A DNA stretch of 64,000 nucleotides from NCBI GenBank assembly GCA_964016885.1, contig OZ024744.1:58714001-58778000 (forward strand). The letters are read 5' to 3'. The translations under genes and the position numbers were made by a program. Numbering within the stretch: the stretch's first letter is position 1; each line of letters opens with the position of its first letter. A model generated the notes under the pieces. The model ran no database searches and was not told where the DNA came from. It was given only the letters and a program-made list of their open reading frames with translations. Source of the stretch: Eledone cirrhosa (lineage: Eukaryota). This document shows, piece after piece, positions 12,741-26,600 of this stretch.

Positions 12741-12806
<66 letters not shown>

Positions 12807-12898
12807 ATCTCTATCCCTCCCTTTCTATCTCTCTCTCTCTCTTTCATCACACATTACATAGACACACAGACACACCTACACACACTCACACACTCACT

Positions 12899-12968
<70 letters not shown>

Positions 12969-13000
12969 CACACACGCATAAACAGATACACACAGAAAGA
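12698..13000. repeat. Compound (CT)n/(CA)n microsatellite
   Basis: Seen directly. Confidence 0.9.
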
Positions 13001-13337
13001 GAGAGAGGGGAGCGGATGAACTGTTTTGTTTTCAAATTGTGTCACATTTGATTGTATCTAATACCATTAATGTATGTATTCGCACGAATGTGAATTGTAA
13101 TAGCGAAAGAATGAGCCCTCAATATGTAAACATAGAGGCAGTTTATATTACTTAAAATACATAACGACTAAACATTTGTATTCGTCGATAATCAGAGTTT
13201 CCGATTAATCACAACAGAATAATTTACATAAGGTTCATCTTAATGGGACTCGCTGGAATTAAATAAATTTCAACAGATTCATCTCGTCTTAAAACATACC
13301 GTACCGGAAAACGTTTTGTTTATATATATATTTCATA

Positions 13338-13869
13338 CTAGCAGTGGTATCCGGCGTTGCACGGGATAAGGTATTGTGAAATAAATAACAGCCTTAGCTA
13401 AGCTTAGTATTGCCACAACCACGGCTGGCAAAGAAGTAAGGGTCTGGTGGTACGTAAGTAAGCAACGCTGTGGCTTAAAACGTGGGGAAGAAGTTGTGTG
13501 CACTTACCAACTGTTTGGGGAATGAGTGTGAGATTTGTCTTGAGCAAGGGTGGCAGAATAACCGGAGGCAGCAGACAGCTAGACATACAGACATATATTA
13601 TAAGGGCGCGTTCTGGACGCAAAGCGAATTGTAGAAAGTGACATAAAGCAGACAGATATTATAAGGGCGCGACGTTATATGAATGTATCTATCTAAAAAG
13701 AGAAAGACTAAGAATTATAGAGGGAGATCGCTAAATCGCCTAATGTGGTCCCTAGGGCATTGAAAATTTGAAATTTCTTTTGCTCAGAACACTCCCTGAA
13801 ACATAAGTATTACATGTGTAAAGTTTGAAAATAGTCGGTTGAGTGGTTCTCTAGTTTTAGGGATTCAAA

Positions 13870-13942
<73 letters not shown>

Positions 13943-13963
13943 CCTCAGTTTTATATATATAGA
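13338..13963 (-). mobile_element. Non-autonomous Helitron, complete ends
   Basis: Minus strand starts TCTATATATATAAAACTGAGG and ends CCCGTGCAACGCCGGATACCACTGCTAG; inserted between A and T. Confidence 0.85.
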
Positions 13964-14539
13964 TAGCCATAAGCCAAAACATAATTCATCCCGATGTTGA
14001 TTAATTATGTATTTAATGTAACTACATAATTTTGATCAACACACAGCTAACTTTCATTAGTGAAGACGATCATACCAGATTTTATTGTTAGGAATATCTC
14101 AGGATAATGAAGAAATGTGAATAATGAATTTAAACATTAAACTTATGTTATTCGTTTTTGTCTATGTTGTGTTGTATATGGTATAGTATGTAGTTTTACA
14201 TAATTGAATGTAATATATAATAATGTAGAGTGCAACAATTTCTTTATACAAAACGTGTAATCCTTTGCAAAACTTAAAAATATTTACATTTTTTTACCGT
14301 TCTGTGAGATGTTGTCACTGATGTTACTGGCAGTCACTCTTCATAATAATAAAAATCTTCACTCCATCTTACAGTCATGACAACATTTGTTGACGATAAT
14401 GAAATATAAGTTAACAATGACATTGAAAGTGACGATGACGAAATTCAAGCAGACGATGACAAATTTGAGAATGGCGTTGACTAGATTGATGAGTATAATG
14501 ACGAATTTGAGGGAAATCCAGGTAGTGTATAATGTATAA

Positions 14540-15090
14540 TATAAATTTATTCAAAAAAAAAAAAACATTATTTAAGAAAAAAAAAAAAAAGGGAAACAAA
14601 AGGAAAGAAAGAATAGGGAAATATAGAGAGAAAGAAAGAAGAAAAGAACGGGAAGGGGAGGGGATAGCAAGTGCTCTGGTGTCGCAGAAGAGAGGGGAGG
14701 ATGACTGGGCTTTGGGCCTAGGGCAAAAGGGGGCAGAAGTGCTGCGCCACGCGGACAAGACGGCAAAAGCATTCCCGCGGACGATGGCCAGTGACACCCA
14801 CTGCAACAGCCACCCAACCTTGTGGGGCTCCCTCCTCAGACGGGCCACCGACGTTCCGATCTTGCAGAGGAGCTCGGCAATACGGGGTCCAAGTACGCCC
14901 GAGGTCTCGACGACAACCGGTGCGAAGAGGAAGCGGCCGGACAAATCCTGGTATTTGTTTATTTTATGTTCTTCTGCGAGGTGGGATGCGATGCCGGGGT
15001 TTGTGACCGAAGCGACTAAGTTGGAGGCGGAGAGCGTGTCACAGCAGGTGGCGTCCCAGATGAGAGATCTACCTCCTTCGGATGGGAATA
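14540..15090 (-). pseudogene. 3' fragment of a CRE-like (restriction-like endonuclease) non-LTR retrotransposon
   Basis: Minus strand LIWDATCCDTLSASNL...AEEHKINKY...FAPVVVETSGVLG...VSLAIVRGNA, then a T-rich 3' UTR with AATAAA; cut at its 5' side by the Helitron starting at 15091. Confidence 0.65.
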
Positions 15091-15478
15091 TCTATATATC
15101 TAAAACAGAGAATGTCTGTCAATCTGTCTGTCTGACTCCCTAAAACTCGAGAACCACCCAACCGATTGTTTTCAAACTTTACACATGTAATACTTATGGT
15201 CGTGTGAGTGTTTTGAGCAAAACATATTTCAAATTTTCAATGCCCTAGGGACCGCATTGGGCGCCGAACGTCTCGCCCTCATAATATCTGTCTGTATGTC
15301 TGGCTGTCTGCATTGCGACATTATGACGCTATCTGTATGTGTGTATATATGTATATATAGTGTGTGCGTAACGTTTTTCGAAATATTTACTTCTGCGTTC
15401 ACAGATCGATTTTTTTAGTTTCAGAAGATCCCGTTAAGGGTGAAAGCAGCGATTCTTTGCTTAAACTTTAATCTGTTA

Positions 15479-15485
<7 letters not shown>
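15091..15485 (+). mobile_element. Non-autonomous Helitron, 3'-truncated at its internal (TA)n
   Basis: A|TCTATATATCTAAAACAGAGAATGTCTG start; colinear with the reverse complement of 42120-42556. Confidence 0.8.
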
Positions 15486-15559
<74 letters not shown>

Positions 15560-15569
<10 letters not shown>

Positions 15570-16360
15570 GAGGATGTCTGTCTGTGTGTCTGTATCCCTA
15601 AAACTCGAGAAGTACCCAACCGTTTTTTTTTCAAACTTTACACATGTAACCCGTATGGCCCCGGAAGTGTTTTGAGCAAAAAAAATTTTCAAATTATTCT
15701 GATCTAGGGATCGAATTAGTGAAGTGGCCAATGTCTGTACATAATGAGGGAGTGAGAGGGGAGAGAAAGAAACAGAGAGGCGAAGTAAAGAAGTGGCTCT
15801 CTACTCCTCCTCCTTCTCCCCATTCGTCACACCGATTTTCGATAGAGGGGAGAAATGTGAACGAGTTACAGAGAGAAAGAGTGAGAGTGAAAGAAACAGA
15901 CAGACTAAAAGAGGGGGATAGCGGGAGAGAGAAAGAGAGAGAGTGACAGACGCCGTCTTTTGAGAGTTGTATGCGCCAAAGATACATAACAGTGGAATAA
16001 CTATTGCGTGTGTGTGTACGTGCGCGCGTGTGTGTGTGAGTTTGTGTGCGTTTGCATGCGTGAGTGTGGATGTGTGCGTGAGTGATTATAAACTCTCTCA
16101 CATGGTCTGATGGAATTAACCCTTTAGCATTTACATTACTCTATATATACTATATTATTTTCATGGTAAAAGCTTTATCTCACATAATATAAAAATCTCA
16201 TAGATTTAATATTATTTATTTTGAGAACAATACCTTAACCCATTAGTATTAATGTGAGTGAGTTATAAAGAGAAAGAGTGAGAGTGAAAGAAACAGACAG
16301 ACTAAAAGAGGGGGATAGCGGGAGAGAGAGAGACGCTGGAAGAGGGGAAAGAAAGCTATA
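15560..16360 (+). repeat. Inverted copy of the 5' ~800 bp of the RepHel Helitron
   Basis: Near-identical to the reverse complement of 22290-23085; homology stops at GAAAGCTATA. Confidence 0.9.
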
Positions 16361-16694
16361 TGTCTTGCTGTCTGCATTACGATACATATATACATACACA
16401 CACACTGATCGCGTCATAATGACGTAATGCAGACAGATATTATAAGGGCGCAACATTATATCTATGTATCTATCTAAAAAGAAAGACTAAGAATTGTAGA
16501 GAGAGAGATCGCTAAATCGCCTAATGCGGTCCCTAGGGCATTGAAAATTTGATATATCTTTTGCTCAAAACACTCACAGGGCCATAAGTATTACATGTGT
16601 AAAGTTTGAAAACAGTCGGTTGGGTGTTTCTCGAGTTTTAGGGATTCAAACTCACACACACACGGACAGACATTCTCAGTTGTATATGTATAGA
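16361..16694 (-). mobile_element. 5' part of a non-autonomous Helitron, abutting the CTAG end of the RepHel Helitron
   Basis: Minus strand begins TCTATACATATACAACTGAGAATG at 16694; homologous to 13640-13963. Confidence 0.8.
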
Positions 16695-19600
16695 CTAGCA
16701 TAGGCACCCGGCGTTGCCCGGGAATGAAATTGTTCCTTACATATTAGAAGAAAAGAGCAAAATATGTTGTATAGAAATGTGTTATTCTAAATTTAATTTA
16801 TTCTTCAACTGGGACACCTGATGAAATCAATTCTGAGTTCATAAAAATAATAATTGTTGTGAGCAAAATAAATTTCCAATTTCATGAAGGAGGGGGGGGG
16901 GGGCTAAGAAAGGGTCGTGTGTGTGTTCACCCTTAACCAAAGGAAGCAAATGTTGTTAGGAAAAATAAGTAAAGGTAAACAGGGCTTGTTAAGAAGAGCG
17001 ATAATGTACCTGTCTGTCCATTGTAACGCTTATAACACTGTTTTAGCGGATGCTGGACGATTTGAATTTACCATTGCTGTAGCTATCAAACAATTTTAAG
17101 TAGGGCCTCTTAAATAGGGTTGTGTGTGCGTTCACTGTCAGCCCTAAAAATGAGGGCTCACCATCAACAATTTCGGCCCTAAAAAGGGCCGTTTGATAGT
17201 TCACTTGCAAAAAGGACTTCAGTTGCGTTCATTGGCAGCCATTAGAATGACTCTGTATGCGTTCACGATTTGTTCAGCCGCCTTAAATTGCCGCGCCGAT
17301 TGTCAAGCTGGGTTCCTCTCTGAAGGCGATCACTTTTAACCGAGGGAAACATACGTTTTAGTTAAGAGACTGTTTAAAAGCTCATTAGGCTGGCTAAAGA
17401 AATGGTGATTACGGACCTATCTCCTCGCTGTTGCATTTACCTCGTTGTAAACGATGTTTCTTGTTTTTCCTCGGCGTGCAAATGCGAAAAGACTTTCCCC
17501 GCTGCCCACTCTAGAGCACCCAACGTACAATTGTCCGTGGGAGAAACACGGTTCTTCCAGAAGAAGTCCGGCCACAGAAAGAGTCTGGCCCTGGGACTTG
17601 TTGATGGACATAGCAAAACTGACCCGAAGTGGAAATTGGAGTCTTCGGAAGGTGAACAGAATTTCTGCTCCCGAGGGAATGAGAGGAATTCTCGGAATGA
17701 AGACATCATCACCTTTTCCGCATCCAGAAAGGATTGTTGCCTCGATTACATGTGCCATCAATTTTTTTACAGCCAGCTGTGTCCCGTTGCACAGTCTTGG
17801 TGGTTCCAAATTCCGCAGCAGCATTACAGGGGTGCCAACTTTAAGGAGAAGCATGTGAAGCGGTAGTCCTGGGGGCTCCAAAGAATTGAAGAACTCCGGC
17901 GGAAAGTTCACCACTTCATTGGGATCTGGCATCGTGTCAACAGATTTGTAAGCGTGAAGAACACCAGGAAGGGAGAGCAGTAGTTTGTCGTTGGTTTTGT
18001 TAACAGCGACGTTTTTTGGAGCTAGCACTGCTCTTTCACACAACCATGCGTGGTTCTGGTAATTATCTTTCAAATCTGGAAACACTTTGTCTTTCAGCTC
18101 CCCCGCAGATTTAACTGAGGTCGAAAATGGCCACACTTCCAGCTCTCCTGCAGCGTCCAGAGGTATTTTGCCGTCGCCAAGTTTCAAAATGTCCTGTGCA
18201 AATTCTGCGGACGTTTGGTCGCCGTGTAATTGAGCTCTCATGTTGGTTGTAAGGATCAGTGTCCTGACATGGCGCCACAGAGGAGAGGACTTTGGGCATG
18301 CTTGGACCTCATCTGCTCTTGTGCCTTTGGGAATGACGGGAAGAGTCTGCCTGAAGTCACCCGAAAGCTCATGGGAGCCTGGCTGCCTCTGATGTCCTTT
18401 AGAGCTCTGTTTAATGCGTCCAGAGCTCCCTTATGGGCCATGGTTCACTCATCCCACACAATGAGCTGACATCGTTTTAGGAATTGGCCCTAGTCGAAGG
18501 TCTTGCTGATGCTGCAAGTAGGCGTTTCTGACGTGGTTAAATTGAGAGGCAATTTAAAACTGGAATGTGCGGTCCTGTCACCGGGCAACAAAGTGGCAGC
18601 AATTCCAGAAGAGGCAACAGCAACCGCAATGTCCTTGTGCATCCTGACTTTTGCAAGGAGGAGTCTCGTTAAAAATGTTTGCCCGTCCCTGCAGGGGCAT
18701 CCAGAAAGACATACCTCCTTTTCTGTGGCGCACATGGTCGGCAACAATGTTGTAAGTACGACGTTGGTCCGGAAGAAGTTGTGGTTCAGTTTCAAGGACG
18801 TACTTGGTAAGAGCATCGACGTCGTAGGACGTTTCTCGGAGAAGAGCTGTAGGAAGTACGTTTGACCCTGTACGGATTGTTTGGGGCAGACCATATGAGG
18901 GCAAATAATTTCCGCCGAGTGATGCAACTTTATCCGCTATGTCAATCAACGCTAGATTGAAGACCTCGTTGCTGGTACCTTCCATCTCAGGGTATTGCAC
19001 TTGCGCCTGACGTTTGTAGTCCTCGGATAAATCATCGTTATACTTGAGCCATAAAGAGATAGGATTACTCAGTTCGCAAGTTTGCAGCAGTACTGAAAAT
19101 AGAGATCGTAAGCGCATAGGCGATTGAGATGCAACAGCTTCGAATAAAGTGGAATCCCACTGCGCACCGTCTTCTAGCAGGCCGCGCTTGAAGCAAGCTT
19201 CCCTGTAAGTGTTGCTTACAGAACCGTCGGCAGTTCTAAGGTCATGAAAGGACTGGGGTCCTCTAACCTCATGTAGCAGAAGACGGAGGTGGAAGCACTC
19301 GTGCTGGTTCGGGTGCACTGTGTATACTCTCCCTAGGAAACTGACAAACTTTATGCCAGGATGTCCATCAACAGGCTGACCTACCTTTCTGCGAACCCAT
19401 TGTTTTTTATTCCACGTGTAATAGGACGACAGCTGAGGATACAGCAGGGTTTGAGCAAATGAATCGGCCTGACAAAGTTTGAAGAATGCAGTGAGGGTGG
19501 TTTCCCGTGGTTCCTCCACCATTTGAACAGCATTAACGTCAGTGAAGTACACCCTTTGGCCGTTCTCCAGGTGGTCTGCGAGCTGTTCAATTGCAGGGTG

Positions 19601-22600
19601 CCTTTGGTGTATAGGGAAGCCGAAAATACGCCAGAAAGCCTCGTTGCTGCTGATGTAACGGCCAACTTGGTATTGCGTGACCTCATCACGGCTGTTGTCC
19701 TGTTGAAGACTGAACATAGCAGCGTCTGAACCCTTATTCACATATATACATATGTACTTGATTGACTTGATGGAATTACAGAACTCGACATTGATGTGAG
19801 CACCGAAGGTCTTGGAAATAAATGGGTAGTATGGCACTATCCATCTGTTGTCGACCTCGTGCTGTCCAACTGTTGCTGTAAAACCACCGTCTCCGGGTTG
19901 GCGTCGCCTGTTCAGTGAGTATCCGTCAACGCCAGTCTGGGTTTCTTGAAGGAACTTTCGGGGAAATCTTTTGCTGCAGACATTATCGTTCAAGCAAGGT
20001 GAGCTTAAATTGAAGCCCCGCCCACATGGACCATGGACCATATTTGTCTTCACTATGTCATAGAGGTCTTTGTCTATAGACGGATCGGGAAACTCTGCAG
20101 AGATGATGCTGTCAATGTCATTTGAAGATATTTTTGTTGACAGCCAAATGAGATTGTGGGCGTGCGGTAGGCCCCTCTTCTGCCACTCTAAGGTGTACAT
20201 GTCGCACTTTACTGGGCCAAAGACTTGGCCTCTCTTGATGAGCTCCATGAGATTGATAAGCTTCAGCCGAAAGACTGGGGCCAGGAGGTCATGCCTGTCT
20301 TTGGCTTGTTGCTCTTGGAACAGTTCTGCCCCGATCTCCTTCCACTTTGGGTTGCAAGTGAATGTGATGAACAGATCGGGCCTGCCGTAATGCCGTACGT
20401 AGGTTATAGCATACTGCGTTCTCTCGTGCATGTAGCGCGGACTTCCTGTGAAGGTGGAGGGGAGAATGCAGACTTTTCCTACGCTGCTGGAAGCTGCGTC
20501 ATTGTTGATGGCATTTAGGAAATGGATGTAGCTCTCGGACCGCAGTTGCCTTTGGTGTGGCCGTATGAAACACAGTATCTCCGATTCCCTTTTTGCGCAC
20601 ATATCAACGGCAAATTGCTGAAGTAGGTCTCTTGACTGGTGCAGGTGATTGAAGGAATCGTGGCGAACCATGAAGTGGTAGCAGTAGAAATCCATGCATG
20701 AAACTGGTTTTTTGACGGAGTGTTGAGGGTTTACTGGATTATGCTGGTGAATTCCGTACTGATAGCCGTCCTCACCATTTACACAGAGAAGTGGATACTG
20801 GAGCGCATCGTAAGATCTATGTGTTTCGCTGATTCGCTGAAAAGTGCCATCTCGACGCTTGAGGACAATGTCTCGTGGATTATGTTGACCCCCATGCATA
20901 AGTACAGCGATTTCATTGCATGCAGGATAATTATACCGACCCGGATGTTCCCCAGATGGCATTTTTGAGGCATCAGTTACCACATTAAAATTGACTGCGG
21001 TATCTGCTTCCAAGGCATACTTGAAGCTAATGACATAGCTGTTTTTTTGTGTGCAGAATGTCTTGAAGTTTCCTTATAAGCTCGACTTTGGTAGCAGGTG
21101 AAATGGAGTTCCTCATGGCTGCCTGCTCGTTCACATTCCCAACAAAGTACAGCTGAAGAAATTGAGGTTCTTGATTTGCGGCAGGTTGGAGGGATCCGAT
21201 TCTATGGTACACCTGACCTTGAACCTTAAATGTGGGCATAAATCCGCCTTCCTTGACAATGTTCGCCCCGAAAGATATCATTTGGCAAGCACAATTATAC
21301 CTCCGGATGTAAGTCAGGAAATGCCGTGACTCCGCAGTACTACCTGAATATAGGAGCTTCAACGGTTGTGGTGGATCCTCTAGGGGACGTAATTTTACTT
21401 TTCCATTTGCGCAACACAAGCCAGGTGTTTCTCCGGACCACTTTTTTGCATTGCAGAAAGAGCACGTCTTTGACATACTCCCAATTCGCATGTCTGGATG
21501 GCCACTGTAATCAAAGTCAGGGTTGTACTCGAATGCTTTTAAGGACCATCGTGAGCTACACGGCCTTGAAATACCCTGTCCAAAGGCCCTTCGTTGAGCA
21601 TTACATTGTAGTCGAATATCTCGTTCTTGCGAGGTCTGTGTAGCTCGCGCAGCAGCAGTATTCGCAGCATCCGTACTCCGACGTCTTTTACGCTGGTCGT
21701 ACGTCTCGGCAGCTCGTGCAACAGAAGTTGATGCAGCATTAGCGGTTCGGCGAATGGTTCGTTGATTGTCTGTTTCAAGTGCTCTTCTGGTGGCAGTACC
21801 TTTAGCATCTTGCGACCGTCGAATAGCAGATTCCACTGACGATTCGTTTGCCCGCCCTGTTCGTGTTGTTGCTGCTTTCGCAGTTTTTCGGCCAATAGAG
21901 TATCTCTTCCTTCGAGGCATGGCCTCAAAGCAGGACGAAGTACACTGAAACTCACTGGTAGAGTAAGGAGTAAACTCGTCAGTGAATTAAAAACCGATGC
22001 ATGTGATTTCCGAACGGAGGATGGATAGGGAGAGGGGTAACAGTAAGAGCAGCGGTTGGAATGAGTGTAAGTTAGTGAATATGTTGTCAGTGACAAAAAT
22101 GGCGTAAATGAAACGCCACACGCAAGTACACACAGAAGCACGCAAACGCAGAAACGCACGCAAACTCACACACACAAATGTTAATAGATTTAACTCATAA
22201 TGGAACCCTGCGCGAACACATACACACACGCACACACACACACACGCGCGCGCGCGCGCGCGCGCACACACATGCACACGTTAATTACTTATAGCTTTCC
22301 TTCCCCTCTTCCAATGTCTCTCTCTCTCCCGCTATCTCCCTCTTTTAGTCTGTCTGTTTCTTTCACTCTCACTCCTTCTCTTTATAACTCACTCACATTA
22401 ATACTAAAGGGTTAAGGTATTGTTCTCAAGATAAATAATATTAAATCTATGAGATTTTTATATTATGTGAGATAAAGCTTTTACCATGAAAATAATATAG
22501 TATATATAGAGTAATGTAAATGCTAAAGGGTTAATTCCATCAGACCATGTGAGAGAGTTTATAATCACTCACGCACACATCCACACTCACGCATGAAAAC

Positions 22601-23087
22601 GCACACAAACTCACACACACACGCGCGCATGTAAACACACACACGCAATAGTTATTCCACTGTTATGTATCTTTGGCGCATACAACTCTCAAAAGACGGC
22701 GTCTGTCACTCTCTCTCTCCCGCTATCCCCCTCTTTTAGTCTGTCTGTTTCTTTCACTCTCACTCTTTCTCTCTGTAACTCGTTCACATTTCTCCCCTCT
22801 ATCGAAAAACGCTGTCACGAATGCGGAGAAGGAGGAGGAGTAGAGAGCCACTTCTTCACTTCGCCTCTCTGTTTCTTTCTCTCCCCTCTCACTCCCTCAT
22901 TATGTACAGACATTGGCCACTTCACTAATTCGATCCCTAGGTCAGAATAATTTGAAAATTTTTTTTGCTCAAAACGCTTCCGGGGCCATACGGGTTACAT
23001 GTGTAAAGTTTGAAAAAAAACGGTTGGGTACTTCTCGAGTTTTAGGGAAACAGACACACAGACATCCTCTGTTTTATATATATATAT
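16695..23087 (-). mobile_element. Near full-length Helitron (autonomous type)
   Basis: 5' end (TA)nAAAACAGAGGATGTCTG, 3' hairpin CCCGGGCAACGCCGGG followed by CTAG at 16695-16698, and RepHel coding region inside. Confidence 0.92.
17417..21920 (-). pseudogene. Helitron RepHel protein (Zn finger, HUH Rep, PIF1 helicase), frameshifted
   Basis: CSFCNAKKW..GLCC Zn finger; Rep motifs YGRPDLFITFTCNPKW, EWQKRGLPHAH and KYICIYVNKG; helicase motifs VASSGIAATLL..RTAHS and FAMSINKSQGQT. Frameshift in the A7 run at ~21045 and several more lesions at 18250-18720. Confidence 0.92.
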
Positions 23088-23270
23088 AATTGTTTCTACT
23101 TTAGGCACAAGTCCAGCAAATACCCAGTACATTACTGGTACTTTATTTTATCGACCCCGTAAGGATGAAAGGCAAAGTCAACCTCGGCGGGATTTGAACT
23201 CAGATCGTTAAGGGACGTAACTATGCTGGAAAGCATGGCGTCCGACCCTCTACCGATACTGCCAATCCAT
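23086..23270 (-). mobile_element. Family A SINE, full-length
   Basis: Reverse complement matches 9966-10153, with A and B boxes. Confidence 0.8.
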
Positions 23271-23636
23271 GTATAGATAATGAGACATTTGGGACAGATG
23301 TTGAACATCACGTGGAAAGGCAAGGTCAGAAACACTATTATTCTATAATACAGAAGATATATTAATGCAGTGAAATTTCTGCTGGTTTCAACGTGTCCAT
23401 AGATCAGGAGATAGGCGAGCAATAGTCGGGTGTCCTAAATGTTCTACTATCGCAGCTAACGGGGTGGCAATACTAGAAATAAGAGTAGAGCCGTTCTGAG
23501 AGACAAAGATACGGTTAAGTGTAATGTGAGGAGATTCGACATCGATAGTGTTAGCAGGAAACAGAAATCAGTGAAGCAGAGAGAATCATTACTAATATTA
23601 CGGCTTGCGAGAGCGGAGCGTTAGAGTTTTGGAAAG

Positions 23637-26600
23637 AAAATCTGCACCATTTGTTCCGGCCCATTACATTCTGAGTTAAAATCTGCACCATTTGTTCCGG
23701 CCCCCCATTACATTCTCAGTTAAAATCTGCACCATTTGTTCCGGCCCCCCATTACATTCTGAGTTAAAATCTGCACCATTTGTTCCGGCCCCCCATTACA
23801 TTCTGAGTTAAAATCCCACCATTTGTTCCGGCCCCCCATTACATTCTCAGTTAAAATCCCACCATTTGTTCCGGCCCCCCATTACATTCTGAGTTAAAAT
23901 CCCACCATTTGTTCCGGCCCCCCATTACATTCTCAGTTAAAATCCCACCATTTGTTCCGGCCCTCCATTACATTCTCAGTTAAAATCCCACCATTTGTTT
24001 CGCCCCCCCCCCCCCCCCATTACATTCTCAGTTAAAATCCCACCATTTGTTCCGCCCCGCCCCCCCCCCCGCCCCCATTACATTCTCAGTTAAAATCCCA
24101 CCATTTGTTCCGGCCCCCCATTACATTCTCAGTTAAAATCCCACCATTTGTTCCGGCCCCCCCCCCCCCCATTACATTCTCAGTAAAAATCCCACCATTT
24201 GTTCCGGCCCCCCATTACATTCTGAGTTAAAATCCCACCATTTGTTCCGGCCCCCCATTACATTCTGAGTTAAAATCCCACCATTTGTTCCGGCCCCCCA
24301 TTACATTCTGAGTTAAAATCCCACCATTTGTTCCGGCCCCCCATTACATTCTCAGTTAAAATCTGCACCATTTGTTCCGGCCCCCCCATTACATTCTCAG
24401 TTAAAATCTGCACCATTTGTTCCGGCCCCCCATTACATTCTCAGTTAAAATCCCACCATTTGTTCCGGCCCCCCATTACATTCTGAGTTAAAATCCCACC
24501 ATTTGTTCCGGCCCCCCATTACATTCTGAGTTAAAATCCCACCATTTGTTCCGGCCCCCCATTACATTCTCAGTTAAAATCCCACCATTTGTTCCGTCCC
24601 CCCCCCCCATTACATTCTCAGTTAAAATCCCACCATTTGTTCCGGCCCCCCATTACATTCTCAGTTAAAATCCAACCATTTGTTCCGGCCCCCCGCATTA
24701 CATTCTCAGTTAAAATCCCACCATTTGTTCCGGCCCCCCATTACATTCTCAGTTAAAATCCCACCATTTGTTCCGCCCCCCCCCCCCATTACATTCTGAG
24801 TTAAAATCCCACCATTTGTTCCGGCCCCCCATTACATTCTCAGTTAAAATCCCACCATTTGTTCCGCCCCCCCCCCCCCCATTACATTCTGAGTTAAAAT
24901 CCCACCATTTGTTCCGGCCCCCCATTACATTCTCAGTTAAAATCCCACCATTTGTTCCCCCCCCCCCCCATTACATTCTGAGTTAAAATCCCACCATTTG
25001 TTCCGGCCCCCCATTACATTCTCAGTTAAAATCTGCACCATTTGTTCCGGCCCCCCATTACATTCTCAGTTAAAATCCCACCATTTGTTCCGGCCCCCCA
25101 TTACATTCTGAGTTAAAATCCCACCATTTGTTCCGGCCCCCCATTACATTCTCAGTTAAAATCCCACCATTTGTTCCGGCCCCCCATTACATTCTGAGTT
25201 AAAATCTGCACCATTTGTTCCGGCCCCCCATTACATTCTCAGTTAAAATCCCACCATTTGATCCGCCCCCCCCCCCCCCCCATTACATTCTCAGTTAAAA
25301 TCCCACCATTTGTTCCGCCCCCCCCCCCCCCCCCCCCCCCCATTACATTCTGAGTTAAAATCCCACCATTTGTTCCGCCCCCCCCCCCCCCCCCCATTAC
25401 ATTCTCAGTTAAAATCCCACCATTTGTTCCTGCCCCCCATTACATTCTGAGTTAAAATCTGCACCATTTGTTCCGGGCCCCCCCCCCCCCATTACATTCT
25501 CAGTTAAAATCCCACCATTTGTTCCGCCCCCCCCCCCCCCCATTACATTCTGAGTTAAAATCCCACCATTTGTTCCGGCCCCCCATTACATTCTCAGTTA
25601 AAATCCCACCATTTGTTCCTGCCCCCCATTACATTCTCAGTTAAAATCTGCACCATTTGTTCCGGGCCCCCCCCCCATTACATTCTCAGTTAAAATCCCA
25701 CCATTTGTTCCGGCCCCCCATTACATTCTGAGTTAAAATCTGCACCATTTGTTCCGGCCCCCCATTACATTCTGAGTTAAAATCTGCACCATTTGTTCCG
25801 GCCCCCCCCCCCCCATTACATTCTCAGTTAAAATCCCACCATTTGTTCCCGCCCCCCCCCCCCCCTATTACATTCAGAGTTAAAATCTGCACCATTTGTT
25901 CCGGCCCCCCCATTACATTCTCAGTTAAAATCCCACCATTTGTTCCGGCCCGCCCCATTACATTCTCAGTTAAAATCCCACCATTTGTTCCCGCCCCCCC
26001 CCCATTACATTCTGAGTTAAAATCCGCACCATTTGTTCCGGCCCCCCCCCCATTACATTCTCAGTTAAAATCCCACCATTTGTTCCGGCCCCCCATTACA
26101 TTCTGAGTTAAAATCTGCACCATTTGTTCCGGCCCCCCATTACATTCTGAGTTAAAATCTGCACCATTTGTTCCGGCCCCCCCCATTACATTCTCAGTTA
26201 AAATCCCACCATTTGTTCCGGCCCCCCCCCCCATTACATTCTCAGTTAAAATCCCACCATTTGTTCCGGCCCCCCCCCATTACATTCTCAGTTAAAATCC
26301 CACCATTTGTTCCCGCCCCCCCCCATTTCATTCTCAGTTAAAATCCCACCATTTGTTCCCCCCCCATTACATTCTCAGTTAAAATCCCACCATTTGTTCC
26401 CGCCCCCCCCCCCCCATTACATTCTCAGTTAAAATCCCACCATTTGTTCGGGCCCCCCCCCCCATTACATTCTCAGTTAAAATCTGCACCATTTGTTCCG
26501 GCCCCCCCCATTAACTTCTCAGTTAAAATCCCACCATTTGTTCCCGCCCCCCCCCCCCCCCCCATTACATTCTCAGTTAAAATTCCACCATTTGTTCCGC

